A program made the translations under genes and the position numbers. From Gemmatimonadota bacterium (GTDB lineage: Bacteria; Latescibacterota; UBA2968; UBA8231): 64,000 bases of DNA. Below the pieces are notes generated by a model that did not search any database, was not told the DNA's origin, and saw only the letters and a list, made by a program, of their open reading frames with translations. This document shows, in pieces, positions 1-9,295 of this stretch; position 1 is the first letter of the stretch, and every line of letters begins with the position of its first letter. The stretch lies in assembly GCA_038153405.1 (NCBI GenBank), contig JAYOYH010000004.1, positions 99,626-163,625 on the forward strand. Reading direction: 5' to 3'.

Positions 1-1515
1 AAAGTAAATACACACGCCGGTGTGATAGGTCTGAGTGACGCGGAACGAAAGGTAGGGCTTGCCCTTAACGCCGCGCTGCTGGCACTCGTCCCACAGACAC
101 GTGCGAACAGCCGAGGTCACATCTAAAATGCGATCCCACGGAACAGAGGTTTCAAATGTCTCGCCGAGAATGCCAAATTGGTTGAAGAAGTCGCGTATAT
201 AGGCAATGCCAAAGGTCAGCATATAGCCGCGCTGCCCGTTGCTTGCACCGCCGGAGATAGCGCCAAACTTCTTGGCGGTAGAGAAGATGATCTTTTCTTG
301 GTGCTCCACTTCGCTGGCTGTTCCCTCCATGGCAATGGTGCAAGCAGCTAGCTCATTGGCGTCAAACCCCTTTACCTTGAACAGAAAAAAGCGCTGAATG
401 CGCTGCTCGATCTTTTTCAGGCCCACGGCCTCGGGCTTTAGCGCTTGACCGAAGCGAAACTCGTTGTTGTTGACCAGGCGAATGCTGGCCGGCAGCACGC
501 CCTCACGCTGGCGCAGCTCTTTTAAAAATGCCACGCCCGTGGTGAAATTGGGAAAAACGAGCGAACCGAATTTACGCACCTTGGGCAAGGGGTAAATTTT
601 GAGCACGGCCTTGGTTATAATGCCAAAATTGCCCTCGCTGCCAAAGAGCAGACCGCGCGGCTGCACGCCCGTCGAGTTGCGCGGCGTCGCCCGCAGTGTT
701 TCCACCGCACCCGTCGGCGCAATCAGCGTTGCTTCGAGCACGATGTCCTCTATATTGCCGTACTTGTTTTTCTTCATGCCGCTGGCGTTGGTCGATATCC
801 ACCCACCCAGCGTCGACAGCTCAACGCTATCGGGGTCGTGTCCCGATGTATAGCCCTGCGATTCCAGTTCGCGCTCTAAATCGCGCCCGCAAATACCCGC
901 CTCGACGCAGGCCATTAGGTTGTCTCGGTCGAGCGACAGAATCCGGTTCATACGACTCATATCGACCGAGGCGATTGGCCGCGTCTCCCCGCTGCGCAGC
1001 GACAGTGCACCGCTGACGTTGGTGCCGCCACCGTAGGGCACTAAACAAACGCCGTGAATATTGGCCGCTTCTACAATACGCTGTACCTGCTCTTCGCTTT
1101 GCGGGTAGAGCACTAAGTCGACAAAGCGTTCTAAAGGGGCGCCATACAACACCCTATACACCTCGTTGACGCTGAGCTGGCCGTGGCTATGGCGCAGCCG
1201 CTCGGCATCGGAGTCAACCATTTGATCCTCCGCGAGCACCGCCCTCAACTGGGCGATAAAGGCGACATTTTGCCGGGCCGGCGGCAGTGGGTCATGCGCT
1301 CGCTCGGGCAACACGTCCTGAGGACGAAAAGACGTGCCGAGCACGTCTTCTGCAAAGGGAATGAAATAGGGCATGGTATAGCCGCAGATGGGATAGCGAT
1401 TGCCCGTCACCCGCACGCTGCCCTCGTCGACAAACTCAAAGCGCGTGTCGGTATATCCCCATTTATGAGCGTGACGCTCGCCTGCCTCGTACGAATAGCT
1501 CCCGTTGCCTCTCAT
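1..1515 (-). CDS. Alkyldihydroxyacetonephosphate synthase (AGPS)-like FAD oxidoreductase, 3' end outside window
   Basis: Not in ORF track. Manual translation from ATG 1515 (GGAG upstream), in frame with base 1: HKWGYTDTRF..VTGNRYP, VPYGGGTNV, GHDPDSVELSTLGGWISTNASGMKKNKYGNIED, GSEGNFGIIT, NGQRGYMLTFGIAYIRD, GETFETSVPWDR, RVTQTYHTGVCIYF, matching recalled AGPS motifs. Confidence 0.9.
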   Translation of the reverse strand, partial: MRGNGSYSYEAGERHAHKWGYTDTRFEFVDEGSVRVTGNRYPICGYTMPYFIPFAEDVLGTSFRPQDVLPERAHDPLPPARQNVAFIAQLRAVLAEDQMVDSDAERLRHSHGQLSVNEVYRVLYGAPLERFVDLVLYPQSEEQVQRIVEAANIHGVCLVPYGGGTNVSGALSLRSGETRPIASVDMSRMNRILSLDRDNLMACVEAGICGRDLERELESQGYTSGHDPDSVELSTLGGWISTNASGMKKNKYGNIEDIVLEATLIAPTGAVETLRATPRNSTGVQPRGLLFGSEGNFGIITKAVLKIYPLPKVRKFGSLVFPNFTTGVAFLKELRQREGVLPASIRLVNNNEFRFGQALKPEAVGLKKIEQRIQRFFLFKVKGFDANELAACTIAMEGTASEVEHQEKIIFSTAKKFGAISGGASNGQRGYMLTFGIAYIRDFFNQFGILGETFETSVPWDRILDVTSAVRTCLWDECQQRGVKGKPYLSFRVTQTYHTGVCIYF

Positions 1516-1549
1516 GAGCTCACTCCGTCCTTCCATCGTTTGACAATGA

Positions 1550-2293
1550 TCAAAATTCAGGCAGTTCAGCCAATTCGCTACCTGCCATATTGTCGCCCCG
1601 ACAGTGCCACACGCGGTGCGAAGCATTGCGCTCGGCCAGCACCTTCGAAGTCAAGGCAAAATAGCGCATGGTGTAGCCGCAGCGACGCATGGCGCTGCGA
1701 TTGGCCGCCGCGCCGTGGACGATGCGCGCGTCGTGCAGCGAGCATTCGTTGGGCTGCAGTTCAAAGTAAACAGCCTGCGACTCGTCGAGTTGGTCGGCGA
1801 TGATCTGCCGTGGAAATGTGTTGTTTTCGCGATCGACTTCTTCGTAATCGGAAAATCCGTTGACCTGCGTGCCGGGCAACACGCGCATACAGCCATTGTC
1901 GCGCGTAGAGGGATCGATAGCCAGCCACACGGTGACGATCTGATCCATTCTATCCATGCGCCCGTTCCAATAGGCGGAATCCTCGTGCCAGGGCGTGGCG
2001 CGCCCAACCATCGGCTCTTTGCAGATAAAGTGGCTACTCCACAGCCCGATGTGAGGACCGATAAACGGCTCGACGAGGTCGAGCACCTCATCGGCGAGCA
2101 GAAACTCAAATAGAGCCGGGCAAGTGAAGTGAGGCACGTCGAGTTGGTCGGCGCGCCGACCGTCCTCTTTAGCGGCCAGCAGTCCCTCGAAGAGCGCGGT
2201 CAAGCGGACAAATTTATCATCGCTAAAGAGCGGGCTATTGTGCAGCCAATAACCATTTTCTTTATAGAATTTGGCGGCGTTATCCGCGAGCAC
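1550..2293 (-). CDS. Phytanoyl-CoA dioxygenase (PhyH) family 2OG-Fe(II) oxygenase
   Basis: PWHEDSAYW (HxD), VWLAID...NGCMRVLPGT, distal HGAAAN and RRCG motifs. Confidence 0.9.
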   Translation of the reverse strand: MLADNAAKFYKENGYWLHNSPLFSDDKFVRLTALFEGLLAAKEDGRRADQLDVPHFTCPALFEFLLADEVLDLVEPFIGPHIGLWSSHFICKEPMVGRATPWHEDSAYWNGRMDRMDQIVTVWLAIDPSTRDNGCMRVLPGTQVNGFSDYEEVDRENNTFPRQIIADQLDESQAVYFELQPNECSLHDARIVHGAAANRSAMRRCGYTMRYFALTSKVLAERNASHRVWHCRGDNMAGSELAELPEF

Positions 2294-2454
2294 GTGCGAC
2301 CTCCTGCGCAGGGTATCAACGGCGCTAACAAGGTACTATGCACACCGTCCACTTGCAAGCTATATGCCGCTCCACCATTGGATGCGCACCGACATTGTGC
2401 TACCTTAAGTCGTCGGTTTAACACCGTGTCCATTCGCGTCGCCGAGGAGAGACC

Positions 2455-3255
2455 ATGGCCAAGAAAATTGTAACGCCCGATATCAAGCGCCCTTCCAAGA
2501 AACTGATTAAAGCGCTCGAGGGCATAAGCGCGGCAACCGCGGCCGGTGAGCTGCGCAAGCTGGGCATTCGCGACCCGAGCTTTGTCGGCCCCGTGCCGCG
2601 CACGCCGGGCAAAAAAGTCATCGGCCCAGCCATCACCCTTCAGTTCATGCCGATTCGCGAAGACGTGTATGCCGTCGGCGAGTACACCGACCCCGAACTC
2701 CAGCTACACCGCCACGCCCTCTACCACACGCAGCCGGGTGACATCGTCTGCGTCGATGCGCGCGGCGATATGCAGAGCGGCGTGTTCGGCGAAATGATGT
2801 TGACTTATTTTGCCGGTGCCGGCGGTGCTGGCATCGTAGTCGACGGCTGTATCCGCGACTTTCCCCAAGTCGTGGAAGATCTCGACATCGGCCTGTGGAT
2901 TAAGGGCACGACGCCCAACTTTCACACCCAAACCAACATCTTTCCCTTCGCCGTCAACGTGCCCATTGCCTGCGGAGGCCGCTTGGTCATACCCGGCGAT
3001 ATCATCATTGCCGACGACGATGGCGCCGTGCTGGTGCCCGCTAAGCTCGCACCGCAGCTCATCGCCGCGGCACAAGCTCACGCCGAATGGGAGGTGTTCA
3101 GCAAAATGCGCCTTGCTCAGGGTGGCCATCTGCGCAAGTACTACCCGCTCAGCGCCGAGGCGCGCGTGGAGTACGAAGCGTGGAAAAAGGAGCAGGAAGG
3201 ACCGGCTGAAAATCCCGTTGCAAAAAAGAGGGCAACGCACAAGGCAAAGAAGTAG
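2455..3255 (+). CDS. RraA-like / HMG-CHA aldolase family protein
   Basis: GPAITLQFMP, GVFGEMM, GIVVDGCIRD, PGDIIIADDDGAVLVP; GAGGAG RBS. Confidence 0.85.
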   Translation: MAKKIVTPDIKRPSKKLIKALEGISAATAAGELRKLGIRDPSFVGPVPRTPGKKVIGPAITLQFMPIREDVYAVGEYTDPELQLHRHALYHTQPGDIVCVDARGDMQSGVFGEMMLTYFAGAGGAGIVVDGCIRDFPQVVEDLDIGLWIKGTTPNFHTQTNIFPFAVNVPIACGGRLVIPGDIIIADDDGAVLVPAKLAPQLIAAAQAHAEWEVFSKMRLAQGGHLRKYYPLSAEARVEYEAWKKEQEGPAENPVAKKRATHKAKK

Positions 3256-3277
3256 TCCTCGCTCCAATCGCTTGGCA

Positions 3278-3311
3278 GGCAGCGGATGCATAACCGCAAG
3301 CATCCGCTGCC
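3278..3311 (+). terminator. Intergenic 12-bp GC-rich hairpin (weak terminator or mRNA stabiliser)
   Basis: GGCAGCGGATGC (3278-3289) pairs with GCATCCGCTGCC (3300-3311); no clear U tract. Confidence 0.5.
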
Positions 3312-3334
3312 GCTGCTTAACCGGATAATGCTCC

Positions 3335-5101
3335 ATGAACGCATCCCAGCGACCTAACATCGTTTTTGTGCTCACCGACGACCAAGGCTATGGCGACTTA
3401 GGTTGCCACGGCAACGGCGCGATAAACACTCCGCATATCGATCGCTTTTACGGCCGCGCCGTGCGCTTTAGCAACTACCACGTCGGCAGCACCTGTGCCC
3501 CGACGCGCGCCGGCATTCTCACCGGCCACTACTGCAACAGCGCCGGCGTCTGGCATACCATCGGCGGTCGCTCGCTGCTGCGCGCCGACGAATGGACGCT
3601 GGCCAACGCCCTGCGCGAGGCCGGCTACCGAACCGGCCACTTTGGCAAGTGGCATTTGGGCGACAGCGCGCCCTATCGACCGCACGAGCGCGGCTTTGAG
3701 GAAACCGTCTACCACGCCGGCGGTGGCATCGGCAACACCGGCGATGCCTGGGGCAACGACTATTTCGACGACACCTATTTTAAAAACGGAGAGCCCGCCC
3801 CCTTTAGCGGCTACTGCACAGACGTATTTTTCCGCGAGGGCCTGCGCTTTATTGAGGAACACAGCGACGAGCCATTTTTCTGCTATATTGCCACCAACGC
3901 GCCGCACGGTCCGCTCAACGTCGAGCCGCACTACGTCGAGCCCTATCGCACAACGACGCCGCACGAAGACCGCGCGCGCTTTTACGGCATGATATCCAAT
4001 ATAGACGAGAATTTTGGCCGCCTCGTGACCCATTTAGAAACACTGGGCATCGCCGACCAAACGATCTTGGTATTCATGACCGACAACGGCACGGCGACCG
4101 GCGTCGAGCTCGACGCGGAGCAGTTTCCGCTCGAGGGGCCCGGATCGTTTAACGCCGGTATGCGCGGAAAAAAGGGGTCGCCCTACGAGGGCGGCCATCG
4201 CGTGCCTTTTTTCTTGCGCTACGCCGACGGCGGCTTTGCACACGGGCGCGACATCAATGCCCTGACCTCCTACGTCGATTTTATGCCTACCCTGCTCGAT
4301 CTGTGCAGAATCGACGTGCCCGCCGAACGAACGTTCCACGGACACAGCCTGACCCCTCTGCTGCGCGGCACCGAAGACGCGACTTGGGCTGAACGCACCA
4401 CGTTCTGCGACACCCAGCGCGTTGCCCGACCCGTCAAATGGCGACGCAGCGCCGTAATGCAGGGCCCCTGGCGCTTGATCGACGGCCGGGCACTGTACAA
4501 TCTGGAAGACGACCCGGGTCAGCGCAGCGATATGGCCACACGCCATCCGGACCGCGTTATCGCCCTGCGTGCGGCCTACGAGGACTGGTGGACGCTCGTT
4601 TCAACTCAATTTGACCGCGATGAACCCATCGCTCTGGGCGCAGACGACAGCACCGTAAAGATTACGACCCACGACCTGCGCAACGAAAGCTGCAACGTCG
4701 CTTGGAACCAAGGACAGGTGCGCGCTGGACAGGTGTGCAGTGGCTATTGGGCGGTGGATATCAAACGGCCCGGACGCTACCATATCGAGCTGCGCCGCTG
4801 GCCGGAAGAAACCGGCTATGCCCTGCAGGCCAGTATCGACGGCGATGATAGCCACTGGCGCCGCGACAGCATCAAGGCCAGTGACGCCCATTTCTACGAG
4901 GGCGGCCAAGCCATTGCCGTGCAGTGGGCACAGGTCGAGATCGCCGGCACGACGCAGCACAGCGAAGTCTCAGCCGAAGATGCCAGCGCGCTATTCTCGC
5001 TCGAACTGGCCGCGGGGCCCACGCAGCTCTTTGCGGCATTCTACGATAGCAAAGAGCGCTGCATGGCACCCTACTACGCCTACGTGCGCTACGCTGGATA
5101 A
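3335..5101 (+). CDS. Arylsulfatase (Cys-type, formylglycine dependent), no signal peptide
   Basis: RPNIVFVLTDDQGYGD, CAPTRAGILTG (CxPxR), GKWHLG, MTDNG, KGSPYEGGHRVP. Confidence 0.95.
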   Translation: MNASQRPNIVFVLTDDQGYGDLGCHGNGAINTPHIDRFYGRAVRFSNYHVGSTCAPTRAGILTGHYCNSAGVWHTIGGRSLLRADEWTLANALREAGYRTGHFGKWHLGDSAPYRPHERGFEETVYHAGGGIGNTGDAWGNDYFDDTYFKNGEPAPFSGYCTDVFFREGLRFIEEHSDEPFFCYIATNAPHGPLNVEPHYVEPYRTTTPHEDRARFYGMISNIDENFGRLVTHLETLGIADQTILVFMTDNGTATGVELDAEQFPLEGPGSFNAGMRGKKGSPYEGGHRVPFFLRYADGGFAHGRDINALTSYVDFMPTLLDLCRIDVPAERTFHGHSLTPLLRGTEDATWAERTTFCDTQRVARPVKWRRSAVMQGPWRLIDGRALYNLEDDPGQRSDMATRHPDRVIALRAAYEDWWTLVSTQFDRDEPIALGADDSTVKITTHDLRNESCNVAWNQGQVRAGQVCSGYWAVDIKRPGRYHIELRRWPEETGYALQASIDGDDSHWRRDSIKASDAHFYEGGQAIAVQWAQVEIAGTTQHSEVSAEDASALFSLELAAGPTQLFAAFYDSKERCMAPYYAYVRYAG

Positions 5102-5309
5102 GCATACCATGAAGAACATGAGAACCAAGGTCTCCTTATCACGCACCCCAATAGACCGACATGCAGAGCGTCCGTATCAGCAAGCAGTTGGACCCGTCCA
5201 GCATCGCGATAGATGATGCACAAGCCTCGATCCGGGCAGCGCAATTGTCTAAAGCCGGGCATGCGGCGTCACCCCAAAGCACCGCGCTCCACTGCGCCCT
5301 AGCAGAGCG

Positions 5310-6029
5310 CTATGTAGCCGTTCCGATATTGCCCAAATACGCCTCGACTTCGGCAATGTCGAGCACGTCGCCCAGATCGATATCGATATCCAGCATATTG
5401 ACCTCGTGCAGCAGTTCGCAGCGCTCACCCACGGCTTGGCGCGGCACCACGACGCGAAAAGTGTGGGCTGCATCGCGGCACGTGGCGTAGACACAGTGGC
5501 TCGTGCTAACGCCGGTTACGATCAGCGTGTCCACACCGAGCGCCGTCAGCATATCGAGCAGGTTGGTGCCCTTAAATGCCGAGGCGTACTTCTTGCGCAC
5601 GATGCGCTCATCATCGCGCCGTTCGACGCGCGGATCAAGCCCGAATAGCGGCATGTCCTCCGGGTGTATATTGTCGGCGCACTTGCCGTCGTGGGGCGTC
5701 GGCGGGTCGGCCGGATCGTAGTCGTAGGTCGTAAAGATAACGGGAATCTCCGCCGCGCGAGCCGAACGCAGCATTCTACAGGCACCCTCTACCACAGCAT
5801 CGACGTTGCTGCCCATAGGCGGCCGGCCCGGACGCGTCCACCACAGGGCTAGGTCGATAACAATCAGCGCTGGACGCGCGCCAAATCCGGCCCGCGTGCC
5901 CCAACCCAATTCTATATAGCGCTCCTTGAGCTCGGCAATATGCGCTTTTAACGGCCCTCGTAGTTCATCGGGCAAACGCAGCGCTGGCGAGCCAAAAGGC
6001 AGTGGTCCGTCTGTTTGATATGACGTCAT
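5310..6029 (-). CDS. Isochorismatase-family cysteine hydrolase
   Basis: D-K-C triad: ALIVID, RKKYASAF, GVSTSHCVYAT; start moved to ATG 6029 after GAGGA. Confidence 0.9.
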   Translation of the reverse strand: MTSYQTDGPLPFGSPALRLPDELRGPLKAHIAELKERYIELGWGTRAGFGARPALIVIDLALWWTRPGRPPMGSNVDAVVEGACRMLRSARAAEIPVIFTTYDYDPADPPTPHDGKCADNIHPEDMPLFGLDPRVERRDDERIVRKKYASAFKGTNLLDMLTALGVDTLIVTGVSTSHCVYATCRDAAHTFRVVVPRQAVGERCELLHEVNMLDIDIDLGDVLDIAEVEAYLGNIGTAT

Positions 6030-6229
6030 TTTTTCCTCTCTCTGATAGATAGTCAAACCCGCAGCGAATACTGCGCAACGCGTGCGGCGAGCTGATCAAT
6101 ATAGCGTATGGCCATAGACGACACAGCACGCGCCAGTAACATTTTAACCGATGTGAAACCGAACTGTGGACAGGACGTCCTCCTAAGTGAAGCAAATAAC
6201 GCATGCGCTAAGAAAAAATGCGTCGAGCT

Positions 6230-6258
6230 GGAATGGAATCCCCACTGGCTCTGTCTAA
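6230..6258 (+). promoter_or_regulatory. Putative ECF sigma promoter GGAAT-N16-CTGTCTAA
   Basis: Same motif and spacing recur at 8039-8067 on the minus strand, upstream of the other Spy-like gene. Confidence 0.65.
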
Positions 6259-6338
6259 CGAGCCCATAGGGGCACTGTGCACAATCGACGCGGTGCCGAG
6301 TCAGTAGTTTTCAACTCTTATTAGGAGATCTTTTCTAT

Positions 6339-7382
6339 ATGCGGATAAAACACGTAGCGGCTCTAGCCTTGCTGACAGTTATAATCCAGACGCCTCCCGC
6401 CGAGGCAAACGGACGCAAGGAGCAACGCGGGATTGGGGTCGAACAGCTGGGACTGAGCGAAGAGCAGCAAGCTCAACTAGAAGCCATACGCACAGCGTTT
6501 GACGCGCGCGCACAAACGCTGCGCGAGACGCACAAATCTGATGAGCTAGCGGTTTTGAGCGAAGAGCAGTTGGCTACGCTAACGGCCTACCGGAGCGAAG
6601 AGAATGGACGCGCAGGTCATCGCATTGACCTAGGTCTCAGCGAAGAGCAAATGGCCGCGATAAGGGACCTCGGCGCCGCCTATAAAGAGGCGCGCACTGC
6701 ACTCCAACAAGCGCGCAGAGAGGCCGTGGCCGCCCTGCTAACCGACGAGCAGTTGACCGCACTTGCCGCGCTGCGCAACCCGCCATCAATGCGCGGTCAG
6801 CGCATTTCCCTAGCCGAACGGCTGGGACTCAGCGCAGAACAACAGACGGAGCTCACGGCGCTGCGCACAAACTATGCCGAGCGCGCACAGGCGCTGCACG
6901 AAGCGCACCGAGCCGACAAACGGTCCGTTCTAACAGAGGAGCAGCTAGCCGCGCTGATAGCCTATCATAGCGAGGGACATCGCCGCGGCGACAAACATCT
7001 CAACTTGGGTCTGAGCGACGATCAGATCAGCTCCATTAACGATCTCGACGCGACCTATCGCCAAGCGCGCACCTCCCTATATGCAGCCCATCAGGAAGCT
7101 GTAGCTGCCCTGCTGACCGAAGAGCAATTAGCCCTACTCGAAGCGCTGCACAGCGCGCCGCCGTTTCGCGGCATCCACCGCGGTCGACATGGATATGGCA
7201 ATCGCGTCGAAGCAAACAGGGGCGGCGGTGCAAACGAATCCATCGACGGGCTTGCCGATCCCGGCACTGGCGAAGGGCAGACGGGTGAATCTTCCCTGCT
7301 GTGGTCCGGTGCCAGCGAGTTGACAACCGCAGTAGAAAACACCCGTTGGGGACGCATTAAGAACGACCTTTTGAGAAAGTAA
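6339..7382 (+). CDS. Secreted Spy/CpxP-like LTxxQ-repeat protein with internal duplication and TAVE..WG.IK tail
   Basis: Signal peptide; eight L(S/T)xxQ motifs in two similar halves; ends TTAVENTRWGRIKNDLLRK; AGGAG RBS. Confidence 0.75.
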   Translation: MRIKHVAALALLTVIIQTPPAEANGRKEQRGIGVEQLGLSEEQQAQLEAIRTAFDARAQTLRETHKSDELAVLSEEQLATLTAYRSEENGRAGHRIDLGLSEEQMAAIRDLGAAYKEARTALQQARREAVAALLTDEQLTALAALRNPPSMRGQRISLAERLGLSAEQQTELTALRTNYAERAQALHEAHRADKRSVLTEEQLAALIAYHSEGHRRGDKHLNLGLSDDQISSINDLDATYRQARTSLYAAHQEAVAALLTEEQLALLEALHSAPPFRGIHRGRHGYGNRVEANRGGGANESIDGLADPGTGEGQTGESSLLWSGASELTTAVENTRWGRIKNDLLRK

Positions 7383-7420
7383 AACAGACGGGCGCACGCA
7401 TCGGCGAAGGACCGAAAGCA

Positions 7421-7457
7421 GAGGGGGGCTGCGCTACGATCTACCGCAGCCCCCCTC
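7421..7457. terminator. 13-bp hairpin between convergent genes
   Basis: GAGGGGGGCTGCG (7421-7433) pairs perfectly with CGCAGCCCCCCTC (7445-7457). Confidence 0.65.
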
Positions 7458-7510
7458 GCGCGTTCTATCCTTGAGCGCTAGCGCGCTGCAGTTTTCTAAT
7501 GCGCTGCGAC

Positions 7511-7993
7511 CTAGAATCCACGCTGGCCACCGCCACGCTGGCCACCGCCACCGCCGCGCTGACCACCGCCACCCCACTGACCGCGACGAGCCTGCGCCTC
7601 TTCCATTTGCTGGTTAAACTTACTAAGTTGGTCTTCGTTGAGCACCTGACCCAACGTCGCCATCACCTCCTCGCGCACAGTCTCCATATGCTCGCGCATG
7701 GCCTCGCGCATAGCCTGCCAATCACCGCCAGCCATATCGACCATCGCGCTCTGCTGCTTGACATACGTGTTCTTGAGACCAGCTCGCAGCTTGACCAACT
7801 GCTCGTCCGTAACAGCGAACCGATCGTCAAAAGCCAGCATACCCAGCACTTGCTCGGGTGACAGTCCCCCCCCCATCATACCGCGACCACCCCCCTGCCC
7901 GCGCCCCCCGCCGCCGGGCTGGGCCACTGCGGGTAGGGCGACCAGCAGGCAGCCCAGCGCTACGCCTAACATCCATTTGTACCGATTCGACAT
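7511..7993 (-). CDS. Small secreted Spy/CpxP-like protein with Gly-rich termini
   Basis: Signal peptide (AVA-Q), VTDEQ and LNEDQ motifs, Met-rich helix, GGGQR tail; AAGGAG RBS. Confidence 0.75.
   Translation of the reverse strand: MSNRYKWMLGVALGCLLVALPAVAQPGGGGRGQGGGRGMMGGGLSPEQVLGMLAFDDRFAVTDEQLVKLRAGLKNTYVKQQSAMVDMAGGDWQAMREAMREHMETVREEVMATLGQVLNEDQLSKFNQQMEEAQARRGQWGGGGQRGGGGGQRGGGQRGF
7518..7585. repeat. Imperfect tandem repeats encoding GGG(G)QR
   Basis: Repeated CCACGCTGGCCACCG-like units within the 3' end of the 7511-7993 gene. Confidence 0.7.
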
Positions 7994-8038
7994 GTCCCCA
8001 TTCTCCTTTTGTTTAAGAGGGCTATTAATGCCCCCCCA

Positions 8039-8067
8039 TTAGACAGTGATGGGAACCATAGTATTCC
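8039..8067 (-). promoter_or_regulatory. Putative ECF sigma promoter GGAAT-N16-CTGTCTAA
   Basis: Minus strand reads GGAAT actatggttcccatca CTGTCTAA, 45 nt upstream of ATG 7993; mirrors 6230-6258. Confidence 0.65.
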
Positions 8068-8130
8068 CCCGCAACTCGATCTCTCGGCCACGTTTCGCCA
8101 GCAACGCCTCGGTGTGTTGGAAGGCAGCGC

Positions 8131-9291
8131 TCAACCAGCGAGCTGTTCTTCGAGAAATTCAAAGGCGCGCCGCGTAGCCGCCACGTGCCCCTCGCCGTGG
8201 TCGATGAATTCAAAGCGCGCCGCCAGCCCCAACTGCCGATAATGGGCGGCCACCGTCACGCTCTCTCGGCGCGCCGCCTCCTGGTCAACGGCGCCATCGT
8301 GAATGCCCGCTTCGACGGCAAAGGCGCGCGGCGCAATGAGCGAAGCGATATCAGCATCGGAAAAAGAGGAGACCTGTGCGGGTAGAATCTGCCCTTCGGC
8401 AAACCAATCGAGATAGTTGGTGCGACTATAGGGTCCGATGAGTTTGGGCAGGCGTTCGTTGAAGTAGGCGCTGCACACGCTGGCGCGGACCCGCCCGTCG
8501 AGCGCTGGCAAATACAGCGCCGTCTGCCCGCCGCGCGATAGGCCATAGCAGCCAATGCGCCCAGCGTCGACCGCCTCGTCCTGCACGAGCAGATCGACAC
8601 CGCGCGATGAGGCCATGACGTCTAGGCCCAACAGCGTGCCGCCGGCCAGCACGCAGAGGCGGTGCAGGCGATTCTTGCCGTAGTGCACATCGCGATCGGC
8701 AAAGCCGGGCAGCGGCACGTCGACCGCATCGCTGGCCGTTCCATAGCCGCTGGGATGGTGTGGAGCAACGACGCAGTATCCGCGTCGCACTGCCCGCAAC
8801 CCCATAGAGCGATAGGCGTAGTCCTCGGCGTTGGCGCTGGCTACCAGCCCACAGGCCATCTCCGGCGTGCCCATATAGCCGTGCTGCACCAACAACCCGG
8901 GATGAGGGCCCGGTGATTTGGGCCGCATGCACACCGCATAGGTTTGCAAACCGGGCAAAATCTCGTAAAAAAAGCGCGTGGCAATGGCCCCCTCGTCTTC
9001 CCACAGCAGCGCCTCTTCTCGTGCAATAGCCGATGTGCGCCCCTGTGGCTCAGACCAAAAACCCAACATTCGCGCAAAGCGCTGGCGCATCGGCTCTACG
9101 CTCTCTACGTACGCTTGGGCACTGGTGTAATCGCGCGTCCACTGTGCCGGACGAGCGCTGTCCAGGTCGACCAAGTGATCGCGTAGGTAGCGCTCATAGG
9201 ATTGGTATGCGCGCTGGCGATGGTCATCTACGGCCCGTGGGTCAACGGGTTCTACGTTGGCGGCACCGGCCGGCTGCTCGATTTCATGCAT
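8131..9291 (-). CDS. Alpha/beta hydrolase (dienelactone hydrolase / acetylesterase-like)
   Basis: RIGCYGLSRGG nucleophile elbow, SLIAPR, EAGIHD, terminal GH. Confidence 0.85.
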   Translation of the reverse strand: MHEIEQPAGAANVEPVDPRAVDDHRQRAYQSYERYLRDHLVDLDSARPAQWTRDYTSAQAYVESVEPMRQRFARMLGFWSEPQGRTSAIAREEALLWEDEGAIATRFFYEILPGLQTYAVCMRPKSPGPHPGLLVQHGYMGTPEMACGLVASANAEDYAYRSMGLRAVRRGYCVVAPHHPSGYGTASDAVDVPLPGFADRDVHYGKNRLHRLCVLAGGTLLGLDVMASSRGVDLLVQDEAVDAGRIGCYGLSRGGQTALYLPALDGRVRASVCSAYFNERLPKLIGPYSRTNYLDWFAEGQILPAQVSSFSDADIASLIAPRAFAVEAGIHDGAVDQEAARRESVTVAAHYRQLGLAARFEFIDHGEGHVAATRRAFEFLEEQLAG

Positions 9292-9295
9292 GGCG

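Noticed and set aside
1550..2293. PhyH plus AGPS as a transferred peroxisomal pathway
   Set aside because: PhyH-family genes are common in bacteria and this one shows nothing specifically eukaryotic; adjacency alone is weak evidence.
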